Part shown: positions 1-12,175 of the stretch, piece by piece
How the letters are laid out: every line of letters starts with the position of its first letter
Numbering within the stretch: the stretch's first letter is position 1
The notes under the pieces: model-generated
The model's database searches: none
What the model was told of the DNA's origin: nothing
The model's input: only the letters and a program-made list of their open reading frames with translations
Translations under genes and position numbers: made by a program
Assembly: GCA_951406725.2 (NCBI GenBank)
Contig: OX597815.1
Coordinates: 196,726,001 to 196,790,000, forward strand
Direction of reading: 5' to 3'
Length of the DNA stretch: 64,000 bases
Source: Octopus vulgaris
Taxonomy: Eukaryota

Positions 1-599
1 CCAATTAAGTAGAGGAAAAGAAATGAAGTGGAAAATGAAAATTCACAGAGCATAAATTAGAATTAATTAGAATTTAAGTATATATTAAGATATAGGAATG
101 CACCTGACCGGTTTCACATTAGATTTTCAAAAGTGTACGGAGTAGTGTCGAGAATTATGACTATTTGGGCTGTTATTCTTACAATAGTTTGTTTATAAAG
201 TAGAGATGTAGCTCAGGACGCTATCGGCTAACGTACAAAATGATTGGTCAACGTTAATGTATTACGCACATGTGACAGTCATGCGAAAAGGTCACATAAA
301 AGCTTTTCTCTACTGAATATGCCATATGACGTTAGGAAAGAGTGGTATGAATAAGTATTAAAATACTTGATTACAGAAGAATAATTTTATCAGTTAGCGC
401 TTGTTCCCGCCCTTTGAAAATGATGCAATACATTCTTTCTTTGTTAACAAGCATGGGGTAAGTAAGATAACGAAGTGTTGAGTAAATAAGATAGATGACA
501 GCTGCTACATGAATTTTGATTTTCTACAGAACGAACCCAATTAGACATTTTACAATAATTTCTTCATAAGTAAAGGAAAACCATGCATTACTTGTACCT

Positions 600-1170
600 T
601 TATTACGTGTTCAGCAGTGGCTTGTACATAGATTAAGAAACTTCGCTTATTATATCTTGTTTGGTCTGGTGTATTGTGTGTAAATTTACAGAGACAAGAA
701 ATTTGGGATACTTGGTATCGCGCATGTGTCCAGATGTTCATTAAGTGGAATCTGTCTTGTTTTTGGATCACGTATTTGTTGACGATCAATATATAATCTC
801 ATTATTAAACTGAGTTTAATTTGTTCCATGTAGCCTTCCTTGCTTTCATTGCATTTGATGACACAAAAACAATTAAAATGTTTTGTTTTTTTACAGTAAA
901 ATCTTTTCCTGATTTAAATTTATACGTTGTGTCCTCATGAATGGTCTAACAAGTTCCACAGCTGGACAAGTCACACCTCTTAAATGCTGGAGTTGAGTAC
1001 ATAGTTGTTAGTTTCACATGGTGGGTAGCTTTTTTAGAGATTTTGTTTCCGTTTTGCATTTGATTATTTTGCGCCTTTTTCTCATTCGTGCCTTTTCCCA
1101 TTCGTTGGTGATCACTCAAAATGGCATATTCTGATGCATAAAGCTGAAATTTTAAGAGAGGTTTTAACAT
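600..1170 (-). pseudogene. Decayed Penelope-like element 3' region (Cys-rich linker and GIY-YIG endonuclease remnant)
   Basis: Reading through stops and frameshifts gives KRCDLSSCGTC*TIHEDTTYKFKSGKDFTVK...VIKCNESKEGYMEQ...RQQIRDPKTRQIPLNEHLDTC, matching the CxxC-linker / IxC..C...YIGxT / HRxxI pattern of PLE GIY-YIG domains. Confidence 0.55.
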
Positions 1171-1620
1171 AATGTATATTCGTTGTTACTTGGACACAAG
1201 GAAGTGTAAATTAAAATTTACATACTATTCAAGAAATTATACGTTATTATCGATCAACGTGTGCCTGTGCATGTGTGTGTATAGTAGATACTTTGGTAGG
1301 TAGGTAGGTAGGTAGGTAGTTAATTTCCTTGGCACGATGTAAATTTTACGCTTGTCTTCCCAGTGAACAAATAACCATAATCATGAAAAATTAATTTCTA
1401 TTTAGAACTTCCGGCTAAATAAACTTCACATAGTATGAGTATAATTCACTGAAATGAGGCAATAATCATCATTTACAAAACAACTACATCTTAATTAAAA
1501 ACGAAGATTTAAACACACATTGTTGCTTCAACAACGCTTTCAATAATCTATAAATGCATGAACACACAAACGCGCAAATATACACACACATGCACGCGCG
1601 CATGCACACACACATACACA

Positions 1621-1674
<54 letters not shown>

Positions 1675-1836
1675 TAATCGTAAGACTGGTTGATTTCGAT
1701 ATTTTCCCTTCTTTTTGCCTATGTGAGTTACGAGTAATGCGGTCTGTGGAGTTAAATTGTAGTTAAAAGAATTGGCGGTTTTTGACTGCTATTTCTAAAT
1801 TTTCGGTATGTGATGAAGCAACTTTTTGCTAAGCCC

Positions 1837-1895
<59 letters not shown>

Positions 1896-1979
1896 GTTGC
1901 AAAGTTATTAACCATTTCTTTTGTTTTTCTCAGTTATTTCACGTCTTAGTTGAAATGTCCAAGATGACATGTAAAATAA

Positions 1980-2330
1980 TTGAGCAAGGAACGACTCCAA
2001 AATTCAAGAATGGGAAGGAACCAGAAATGTATGCAAAGATGGATTGCCAAATAACAATTCTCATCCCCTACAACACACCGCAATGCACTGAAATCTACAC
2101 TGGAGAAAGCCAACCAGTCATATAAGCTTGCATAAACAAGAAATCAAAGATTTATCTCTTAGAAATGTTTCGTGTAGTAAGCATCAAGACATTTGTGCAA
2201 ATGGAAAATTTATATTATTCCCGTTTTACAAAACAGAAGATGAAAAATGATCACCTAAGAAGGACAAAAGAAGTATATTTTATAAGAAAGTTTTGTTTTT
2301 TTTTCAAAAGTAAAGCGAAACTCGAAGGAG
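1980..2330 (+). pseudogene. Second decayed Penelope GIY-YIG endonuclease remnant, oriented opposite to 600-1170
   Basis: Frame-broken peptides TPKFKNGKE...MDCQ...CTEIYTGE...FYIIPFYK...RRTKEVYFIRKF resemble the PLE endonuclease C-terminus. Confidence 0.45.
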
Positions 2331-2571
2331 ATAATGCTGTAAACGATAGTGTGTTAATGGGTTAAAAACCCCTTCAGATAGAAAACCTCAAAGGCTGCGC
2401 GTTGAATTCGTACTTACAACTTACAGACGTCAACAACATACAATTTTCGCTGGTGAGAATAAAGTTTCTAAAATGGCAAGCAAAATTCGAACGATAGATT
2501 TGTTTCACTGTTAGGACGTCTACTTGGTGAAGTTATTGATTACTTCTTAATTAATTAACTTTACCCTTTCT

Positions 2572-2630
<59 letters not shown>

Positions 2631-3128
2631 ATAGAAATATTGAAATTACTAAGTCTCTCTAAAAGAGATTACGACAGCGTTACTGGAAATTAATTGTTAT
2701 CGCCATATTAATATGGCAATCTTATAGATATAAGACTAAAAGCTGTCGCTGATTAGCTCCATGAGGCCATCGCCTTAAGATAGCTATATGACACACAAAC
2801 TTAGTGATTTTAATATTTCTATTATTGAAAACAAGTGGATGTATTCCACCGAAAATAGGTAAATAGAACCTTCGAACAGAGACGATCAGTGGCGACACCT
2901 GCTGAGTCGACTACGCTACATTGACAAGGGGCAAATACCCTGAAACGCGTCTGTAGCTGTCTGACTAGCAGTGTGAAGCGGCTGACCTCCCTTGTTCAAA
3001 GGTTCTAATGGACACAGTTTGTGTGTCATATAGCTATCTTAAGGCGATGGCCTCATGGAGCTAACCAGCGACAGCTTTTAGTCTTATATCTCTAAGATTG
3101 CCATATTAATATGGCGATAACAATTAAT
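2631..3128 (+). mobile_element. Foldback mini-element with 113-bp inverted repeats and a hammerhead motif, in a (TA)n tract
   Basis: 2689-2801 is the reverse complement of 3016-3128 with 2 mismatches; flanked by TA repeats. Confidence 0.75.
2915..2957 (+). ncRNA. Type I hammerhead ribozyme motif with degenerate core
   Basis: Stem I GCTACA/TGTAGC, core TTGACAA (from CTGAYGA), stem II GGGG/CCCT, GAAA, palindromic stem III ACGCGT, GUC cleavage triplet. Confidence 0.65.
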
Positions 3129-3142
3129 ATATATACATATAT

Positions 3143-3542
3143 ATTGATAAAAATGGTAAGACAACAAAAGAAAAAAGAGACCTCGATATTATGTAAATAG
3201 AGGAATTTATCTGTATATGTAATATGTGACATTTATTCGGTAGCCATGACAAAACTCCGAGTTTCGGATGCCGTGGTATGAACAGGCACGCTTACGCAAA
3301 TACTATGAACTTATTACCCCCTTACTTTACTCCCTCTCCTTACTTAGCGGTCATTCGAATATCTCTTTTGTCTTCATAACAGTCAATCACACAGTAATTT
3401 CCCTTTGTATAACGGTTATTTTTCATAGCATTTTTTCCGATGGCCGGATAACTGATGAGATGCCGGCGTGGTTTTCCACCTCGGCATCCGAAACTCGGCG
3501 TTTTATCATGGCTACCGAATAATTGTCACATATTACATTTAC

Positions 3543-3550
<8 letters not shown>
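3143..3550 (+). mobile_element. Hammerhead-bearing mini-element with inverted partial terminal repeat; related copy at 55636-56030
   Basis: About 3215-3272 is inverted relative to about 3482-3540; embedded in (TA)n; homologous to 55636-56030. Confidence 0.7.
3443..3512 (+). ncRNA. Type I hammerhead ribozyme motif
   Basis: Stem I GATAA/TTATC plus GCC/GGC, intact CTGATGA core, stem II GATGCCG/CGGCATC with inner GTGG/CCAC, GAAAC, GUU triplet. Confidence 0.7.
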
Positions 3551-3588
<38 letters not shown>

Positions 3589-4849
3589 CATAGTTAATAG
3601 TTAAATATATAGTAACTCATAGATTAACGAACAAAGCAAACAGTATACATAGTCAAAGAAAATCATAACAATAGTCACATGCTTCACACATTACCTCTTT
3701 ACAGCATTTCACTTAAGTCTGAGACCTTCTATAAATGTAACAAATCGATACTACATGTTAGGTCTTAGAGATTCTCTAGTCATTTATTTATACAGAGAAG
3801 AAATGTCGGCCTTCTCCTTCAAAATTAAATATTGCGGCAGAAAGTTCTAGGTTACTCGCTCTTTGACTCACATATAAAACTTGTTATTATTGAAAATAGA
3901 AACACCTCGGATGAGAAATGAAGAATGGCATGGAATATATCTAATAGAAGAAATATTAAAACAGAAAATATCGAAGTGAGGGAAATTAAGTTGATACCAG
4001 AGTAGGAGGATAAACGTTTTAATCATTAATGTCGCGTTCGGTGACCATTGATGAACTTGCCAACAGTAAGGATGTTAAAGATAAATTGGTGTCAGCAAAC
4101 TCGTCAGTCTATTTAATCTATTGCCTACGGTAGAATATTACATTTACATTTTGTAAGTGAAGTGAAAAAGCTAAATCTATTATAGAAATATCTTACACAA
4201 TCTTGGTTCAGCAGAAGCTTATAACCATCTTAGGTCACTCGCTTTCATAAAAATGCGCATATTAATAAACAACTGTCAAAATCGAAACACAGGTAGCTGT
4301 GCCCATTGCGCTTGCGCATAGACATTGCGTGAAGCAAACATACACAAGCACACACTCGTGCACATATATGTACACACTCACATACACCGATACGCACGTA
4401 TGCTTGCATATGTACGTATATATGTGCGAGTGTACACTGTATGAATATATTTTGCCGGAAACAGCTGAGAGAATAAACTAGCGAGTGTGTAATGAATAGG
4501 AAGAATTTGTGTTACATCAATACGGAGGGGGAGTCTAATATCCTTAACGACCCCAGAAGAGTAAATCCTTCTAACATGTGGGGAATAGACATTATATGTG
4601 TATTCCTGGTGAAATTAATCGTAAAATTATTACTACGTCGAGGTTACACATTGGAACTGCAGCCCCATTGAAATTAGGTTGTGCTGTATCATTGAGACAG
4701 AAAGCTGCTGGCAAATCCATTCTTCTTTCTATCAGAGGTTGCGCTTTATTCATTTATATATCCGATGACATCGAGAAGTAATTTACAAAGATCTGTAACT
4801 TCAATTATACACTAAGCCAAGAAGTCCAGTTCTATATTTAAGTGAAGAG

Positions 4850-5118
4850 GAATTATATACATTATTTACATTATTCACATTCGACGATATTTGTCTTCAT
4901 CTTGTTTGTTGTTGACACAACGTTTCAGCAGATATACTTTCCAGCCTTCTTCGGGCGTCTTGGGGAAATTTCGAACCCGGGTTCTCATTCCTAAGGTATT
5001 CTTCGATGCTATCATTATTATTATTATTATAATTATTGTTAAGGTAACTACTTGGAGTCGAACGCAGAATCTTGGGGTTAGTAGCCCGCGCTCTTAACCA
5101 CTACGCCATACGCCCGTG
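4850..5118 (-). mobile_element. tRNA-headed SINE with internal (TAA)n and a hammerhead-containing 3' tail
   Basis: Reverse complement has A-box TGGCGTAGTGG and B-box GTTCGACTCC; hammerhead motif at 4914-4959. Confidence 0.7.
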
Positions 5119-5217
5119 GAAGAGAGAAAGAGAGAGAGAGAGGAAAGAGGGAGATATGAGATAGAGAGCTACTGTACAATATCTCAAGTTTAGACAAGGA
5201 GGAAGGTTTGTCTATTT

Positions 5218-5279
5218 CACGGACATATGTCGTAGTGGTTAAGAGCGCGGGCTACTAACCCCAAGATTCCAAGCAGTGA

Positions 5280-5350
<71 letters not shown>

Positions 5351-5505
5351 TAATCGAAGAATACCTTATGAATGAGAACCTAGGTTCGAAATTTCCCCAA
5401 GACACCTGAAGAAGGCTGGAGGGTATATCAGCCAAAAACATTGTGTTAACAACAAACAAGATGAGGGCAAATATCCGTCGAATATAAATAATGTAAATAA
5501 TGTAA
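5218..5505 (+). mobile_element. Second copy of the tRNA-headed hammerhead SINE, divergent from 4850-5118
   Basis: Homologous to the reverse complement of 4850-5118; expanded (TAA)n; GACAC-CTGAAGA-AGGCTG..CAGCC motif at 5401-5447. Confidence 0.7.
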
Positions 5506-6131
5506 GCCAATAAATCGATGGTTATATTATATGTATATCAAGATGGTGACAAAGAGTGGAGAGAGAGAGGGGAAAAGAAAGAGAAAGTGAAAGATAGGAG
5601 AGAGAGGAGATGTGAAGAGAGAAAGAGGGAGAAAGGAAAGAGAGGGATAGGAGATAGAGAACTACTGTACAATATCTCAAGTTTTGACAAGGAGGAAGGT
5701 TTGGCTATTTCACGTAGTATGGGCAATCAGGCATCGTAGAGATTCGAAGACAACTTTGTTATTTATTCACTGTGTGCCGACGATATAGCTATTACAATCA
5801 AATCAATGGTAGCAAAGTTCAGACAAGTAACAACTATCATTGCAGGCATGTGAAGAGAGAGATTTTTATATCTGTGTGTTTGTTTGCATCTGTGTATGAG
5901 TGTATGTATGTATGCATTGATGTATGTATGTCTGCAATCATGTATCTTTCAATATCAGTAACGACCCTCTTCTCCGACCAGCTGTACCTTGGTAGCTGCT
6001 GCTCGCAAAGTTACTCTTCAAGTTATACTTTGATATAGCAATTTTAGCTAGAGCATCACTCTATCACTCTCTCTCCCACGTCCTCCACCCCTCCTCCTCC
6101 TACTACTACTACTAATACTACTACCACCACC

Positions 6132-6167
<36 letters not shown>

Positions 6168-6459
6168 TGCCCAAGATCACTTTGTTTCGAGAATGATGAA
6201 AACGTTTTGAAAACTTTGCATAGATCTCTAAGCAGGTATCGCCAAGTTTTTGGCAAAATTTGATGCAGATTCTCTACTCAAATTTCTTTGTCATGTTCAA
6301 TGCGACGATCACACTCTCCGCACGTTCCTTCCAAGCACTGCTGTAAACAGCGGAGATGAGCTAAAACGTTAAAACTTAGTGCTCATGCACAGCGGAGTTT
6401 AGGATCAGTTTGTGCTTAGCAGCCTCCTATGTGACCCTTCCGTCCGGCATTCGCCATGT

Positions 6460-6640
6460 TAGATCTCTAGCCACTACACATTCTTTATTTTCTCTCCTTG
6501 TTTCTTACTGCGTTCCTTTCTGTGGAAGGGCGTAGGCTCGAAGCGGTAAAGACTTTTTCACTTCCCGAGCGTTATACTAATATATCTATTTGTTGTCTAC
6601 ACCACCTATATTCGTCTCTTGTTTTTTTTTAATTCTCCCT
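6460..6640 (+). mobile_element. About 200-bp hammerhead mini-element, degenerate copy (family also at 11415-11600, 36725-36915, 63480-63685)
   Basis: Shared core CTGTNGAAGAGCGTAGGCTCGAAACGTAAAAGA and shared downstream sequence among four copies. Confidence 0.65.
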
Positions 6641-6661
6641 ATATATATATATATATATATA

Positions 6662-7104
6662 AGAAATATTGAATTTCTAAATCTCTCGTAGAGACATGTA
6701 CGGTGGTGGGGCGATAGAATGGTTGTATACTGCCAATCTAACAAGAACGTGACAGTAGGGGGTACACCACCGCTGTATAGCCCTAGGAAGCATCGAACGC
6801 CTCCTGATAGCTTTGACACATTTTTTCCCTGTGTCCTTATATACATATACGAAGGGGAGACAAACACCCCCGGCTGCCGGAACTGCATCTAGGGACACCG
6901 TGTTTCAGGATCGTTGTCCTTCATCGGCCTAGAGTAGCAGACACCGGTCAGCTGGTGATATTTGCCTCGACTTCGTAATTGTATATATCTATATTCAGTG
7001 AAGTTTATTCACTGATTATCAAAATTAGAAATATTGAATTTCTAAATCTCTCGTAGAGACATGTACGGTGGTGGGGCGATAGAATGGTTGTATACTGTCA
7101 ATCT

Positions 7105-7109
<5 letters not shown>
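6662..7109 (-). mobile_element. 365-bp unit with 83-bp direct terminal repeat and one hammerhead (retrozyme or PLE pseudo-LTR-like)
   Basis: 6662-6744 repeats at 7027-7109 with 1 mismatch; both ends abut (TA)n. Confidence 0.7.
6888..6933 (-). ncRNA. Type I hammerhead ribozyme motif
   Basis: Reverse complement reads TCTAGG CCGATGA AGGA-CAACGA-TCCT GAAA CACGGTG TC CCTAGA: perfect stems I and II, near-palindromic stem III, GUC triplet. Confidence 0.75.
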
Positions 7110-7171
<62 letters not shown>

Positions 7172-7499
7172 CACCACCATTATACATTTTCTTTATGCTT
7201 GATATGAGCACAAATCTGGGACTTCACAGATTTTTGACGCTAAACTTGCTCCATAAAGTTGTAAATTCATAAGTTCATCCATTGATGCTTTCCTGAGAAT
7301 TACATGACGACATGAATATGTGCTCTGCATACATATAAATATATATATTCATATGTATAATTTCATGGGAGTATATGTCTTTTATGCATAATGTCGAGAA
7401 AATGCATAATGTATTTATAATCGATATCCAAACGTATCAACTTTCGCTGATGGTGAATTGGATGGCATGTCGTGACAGAAATTTTGAAGTATGAAAAGT

Positions 7500-8500
7500 T
7501 TCTTTGAAGTATGAAAAGTTGCCTTCTTCTATAATATTGAAGAAATTCACTGTTGCTGCTATGATATTTAGTTATTTGGTAATGCAGAACCTGCTTGTGA
7601 TGCTCTATCCCCGTATTTTCTTGTCTTAGCTACGCTGCTCCAGCTTATAATGGGTCGTTGATTTTCCCCTCTAAAGGTATCCGTACCATACTAGAGAAAG
7701 ATGTGCTTCTTTTGCTTTTGTCTCTGAACGAATCTAAATGCTGTGTATATCTTTCTTTGAAGGTGTTTCCCGTCATTTTGTTGTTTCGTTTAAAAGAGCA
7801 ATGCTGGCCTCATAAACTAATTCTTTCTCCATGACTCTATCGTTCAGCGGGCAGTTGTCCGGTGATCTAAAATTACAGGAACTTCAACTGTGGGGTCCTA
7901 ATATTCGTATTTTTTCTGGTTAAAAATGATCGATGCTATGTTGGGAAGGCAGCTATAGCTAACTTTGATTGTATTGCTATTGAAGGTCTACAGGTATTTA
8001 TGTGTGCGAGGCAAGTAGTTATCTATGAGTTCCAGGAGTTTTCTAGCAATGCTCATGGCCACATTCATGCTATATAGAGGACTGTGCCATCATATTTTCT
8101 TTTGTCAAAGCATGTTGGTCTATCTACATTTGATTCAATATTAGTTATGCTATTCTGAAAATTAGATCTTTCTAATGCGGCGTTGTAGTATGAGAGTGCC
8201 TTTCTGAATGTAGCCTTAATAGCGGATAGGTTTGAATCACACCTACTAATGTTCTTATCTAATTCTTTGATTATTAGTGATGGGTCGCTATAACATTCAT
8301 TTGGATTATAGTAGGGCTTGCATTTATCTGTCCTCAGATTCATATTAATTAAAGTTAGTTTTAATTGTAGTTTTTAGATTCACTTGGTAAAATATCTTGC
8401 ATAATGTTTCCCTTATCATATCCATATCGCTTCCTTTTCTGTTCTTTACTATTCCAAAACCGTCGTCCCTATATAGATCTATGTCGGCTTCTTTTATCTC
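7500..8500 (-). pseudogene. Penelope-like retrotransposon RT and GIY-YIG remnant
   Basis: Minus strand gives IDLYRDDGFGI (RT catalytic DD motif) near 8480, YYNAALERSNF, and SCNFRSPDNCPLN...LVYEASI...TGNTFKERYTQH typical of PLE ORFs. Confidence 0.75.
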
Positions 8501-8849
8501 ATTCTAAGTATATATAGGAGGAGAATTCACAAAAACGAAAGATGTATGTATATGTATGTATGTATGTATGTATGTATGCATGTATGTATGTGTGTATGTA
8601 TGTATGTATATATATATGTTGTATATATATATACATATACATATATATATATTTATGTATATATACATATATATACAGAAATATACATATATATACATAT
8701 ATATATACATATATATACATATATATATATATATATAACAAATTAACGTTGTGGGTTTGAAAATATAAGAAAAGGAATCTGAAAAAACAGGAGTATTTTA
8801 AAAGCATTTATTTACTTAAACGGTTTTATTTATTTCAAAAGATTTTCAC

Positions 8850-9280
8850 AAGTGAAGTGTGAGGCTTTGTGTACCACCTGTGGTGTTAAAGATTAGTTTA
8901 TATAAAGGTATTCAAATCAAGTGATAGAGTCTTCGACAATGATAAGATATGAGGCCTTCTGTGTACTCTGTGCAACGTCAAAAAATAGTTTACATAGAAC
9001 CATTCCGATCATTTTTATTTTCACAATGATAAAATAAAAATGTGTTTACATGAATATATTCCGATGAAGTAATAGAGTCTTTGACAAAAAAGATAAGACG
9101 TGTCTAGTTTGTCATGTGTATCCTCTGTGATGAATCAAAGAATAGTTTATATAAAAATACATTCAGATCAGGTAATATAATTTTTTTTTCATAATGATAA
9201 GATAAAAATTAGTTTACATAAGTATATTCAAATCAAGGTATACAGACTTTGACAAGATAAAACGTGTCTGGTTTGTCAAT
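8850..9280. repeat. Degenerate tandem repeat with units of about 50-120 bp
   Basis: Recurring TAGTTTA(T/C)ATA..TATTC..ATCAAG..ATAGAGTCTT.GACAA..GATAAGA blocks. Confidence 0.5.
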
Positions 9281-9649
9281 CAGTGGGCGCTAAACTTTTT
9301 AGTTTCACAATGAGCAGAAACCATAACTGTTTTCAGTATCTTCAATTGAAAATGAAATGTGTGCAGACCATTTATAGTTCTCGGATTTGGCTTCAAGGGT
9401 TTCGCGTCTGGATGGAATTTGGCGGTTATTACAAATTTAAATATTTCGCAGTAACTTAATGGTATTTTTTTTTACATAAACAGAGTTTCAAATATGTTTA
9501 AAATCTTCAATTTCTCCAAAACTTATAAATATTTATGATATATCCCTTAAATGCCAATGTCATCCTGTATTCGTTTTCAGATGTAAAAGCAGTGTGGTTG
9601 GTTGATGGTAGTCACATGACCAAAACTTAGACGACGAATGATAAAAATT

Positions 9650-9908
9650 AAATAAATAAATGCGCCCTTTTTAAAGCCTAGCCAGGCTCATGGGCCCGGT
9701 TTCCCGGTTTCTATGGCGTATGTGTTCTCCAGCTGGACTGGAAGCCAGTCCATCGCAGCGGTACTCATTATTTTTGCTAGCTGAGTGGACTGGAGCAACG
9801 AGAAATGATGCGCTTTGCTCAAGAACACAACGCATCGCCTGGTCCAGGAATCGAAACCACAATCTTACGATCTTACGACACCCTAACCACTAAGCCACGC
9901 ACCTCCAC
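9650..9908 (-). mobile_element. tRNA-derived SINE with V-SINE-like central motif
   Basis: Reverse complement has A-box TGGCTTAGTGG, B-box GTTTCGATTCC, GCGATGGACTGGC motif and a (TTTA)n tail. Confidence 0.65.
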
Positions 9909-9977
9909 GATAAAAATTAAACGCACTCAAAACCTTAATCACAGTATCTTACAGCAGAAACGGTATACAATAATACA

Positions 9978-10382
9978 AGGCGGCGAGCTGGCAGAAATGT
10001 TAGCACGCCGGGCGAAATGCTTAGCGGTATTTCGTCTGCCGCTACGTTCTGAGTTCAAATTCCGCAGAGGTCGACTTTGCCATTCATCCTTTCGGGGTCG
10101 ATTAAATAAGTACCAGTTACGCACTGGGGTCGATATAATCGATTTAATCCGTTTGTCTGTCCTTGTTTGTCCTCTCTGTGTTTAGCCCCTTGTGGCTAGT
10201 AAAGAAATAGGTATTTCGTCTGCCGCTACTTTTAGAATTCAAATTCCGCCGAGGTCGACTTTGCCTTTCATTCTTTTGGGGATCGATAAAATAAGTACCA
10301 GTTCAACACTGGGGTCGATGCAATCGACTCATTCTCACCTCCTCCAAACTGCCCTTGTAGCAAAAATTTGGAATAATTATTA
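9978..10382 (+). mobile_element. Meta-domain SINE dimer: a Tx1-tailed unit followed at the internal target site by the rest of a SINE with a different tail
   Basis: Head GGCGGCGAGCTGGCAGAA, core GTCGACTTTGCCTTTCATCCTTTCGGGGTCGAT..AAGTACCAG, junction AAAGAAATA|GGTATTTCGTCTGCCG near 10210. Confidence 0.85.
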
Positions 10383-11154
10383 AACTGCCTAATAACGGTA
10401 AGCAAGCCCAAACACCGAAATCCCTATCAAATGTTCATATTTAAATAATTCTATTAAAAAATTATATATCAGTATATTGCATGAAACATTAAATGTCTTA
10501 AAATATATATATGAAGAGAGGACAAATTTATAAGTCAACGGCTTATAGGAATTTCACTTTTAGGTAGGTGCAGATGATAGCACTCATTCTTTTCATGAAT
10601 TTATCTCTATGGTAAACGTATACCACTTTGTTTAATCTTCCATGAAAGACACATTAGCTAATTGTGTGAGATTCTTTAATCTTTGATTAGGGAAAATGAA
10701 TGCTTTCAATAAAAATGATATAATAATAAGTAATTTTGGGATGGTCCTTTTTTTCATTGCTAAATAAAGACACGCACTATATATTTGTTTTTCCTTCGTC
10801 TATTACTGTTCTTATTTTATCTATTTTAACTCATGTCCATTGTCCGAAAATTTTTCGTCACACATCTGTGACCTCTTCAGTAACACTTTTCCTTTTCGTG
10901 TGCGCCCTTGTTCCACTTACTCCATTCTGTTCTTCTAAGATGTTTATCTTTATGTGTGCATGCGTTTGCGTACATGTTTGAGTGAGTGTGTGTGTGCATG
11001 TGTGTATATGTGTGTATGTATATTTTTGTGTGTGTGTCCTTCTTCTTAGCTGCACTATGGCCTTCCTGTCAGCCGCATCCTCTCACCCCTTTGTGCTGCT
11101 ACTGTCCTAAGATCCAAACATTTGGTACAGTTTAGAATCAAAAAATATATTTTA

Positions 11155-12175
11155 CCTTTTACTCGTTTCAGTCCTTGGACAGCGTCCATACATGGCAGCC
11201 TTGAAATGCTTACTAGAATAAATCGGACCCTGTACTTATTTTTGAAGTCTAATACTTACTCTGTTGGTCCTTTTCCTGGACCGCTAAGTTATGGAGACGC
11301 AAACAAGCCAAAACCGCATGTCAAGCGGCGGAGATGGGAACAAATACTAACACACACACACTCACACACACACACACATACACACACACACGTTTACATA
11401 CACACATGCACATAGTTCAGATTTACAGAAAAATAAAAGACGAAGACAGGTGCATGAACAACAAGTAGGTGTATGAGCTCGGGAAAGTGAAGAGGTCTTT
11501 TTACGTTTCGAGTCTACGCTCTTCAACAGAAAGGAATAAGAGAAAATAAACATAGAGAGAATAAAAAGAACCTTGTGGATTTAGCGGTGAAGCATGGAAA
11601 ATAGTTCGAAATGCAGAGTAGATCAAAACAGTGGGCAACTAAGTTCGTTTTCCATATTTTCGTATTTCATGTTCTCGTTTCTCATGTTGTTTACGATTTT
11701 TTACGTCCTGTACCCATATATGCATGTGTATATACATATATATATTTCTTTACAACCCACAAGGGCCTAAACACAGTGGAGACAAACAAGGACAGACAAA
11801 CGGATTAAGTCGATTACATCGACCCCAGTGCGTAACTGGTACTTAATTTATATGAAAGGCAAAGTCGACCTCGGCGGAATTTGAACTCGGAACGTAACGG
11901 CAGACGAAATACGGCAACGCATTTCGCCCGGCGTGCTAACGTTTCTGCCAGCTCGCCGCCTTCATATACATATATATGTATGTACATGTGTGTATATATG
12001 CATATATGTATATATATATATACGACAAGCACCGTTCAGTTTTTGTTTACCAAATCCTTTCATAAGTCGTTGGTCAGCCGAAGACTTCACTTGAAGACAC
12101 TTGCCCAAGGTGCCACGTACTGAGACTGAATCCGGAACCCTGTAATTAGAAAGAATACTTCTTATCACACAGCAA
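11155..12175 (-). mobile_element. Microsatellite-containing SINE interrupted by a hammerhead mini-element (11415-11600) and a Meta-domain SINE (11743-11962)
   Basis: Tail half at 11155-11345 and head half at 12025-12175 match the family at 15020-15450. Confidence 0.65.

Noticed and set aside
1805-1840. TGATGA-AGCAA/TTGCT hammerhead-like stem (similar weak cases near 2440 and 58475)
   Set aside because: GAAA core and stem I pairing are missing, so not counted as hammerheads
6168-6330. Possible mariner-derived fragment
   Set aside because: No terminal inverted repeat pair or transposase motif could be confirmed by eye
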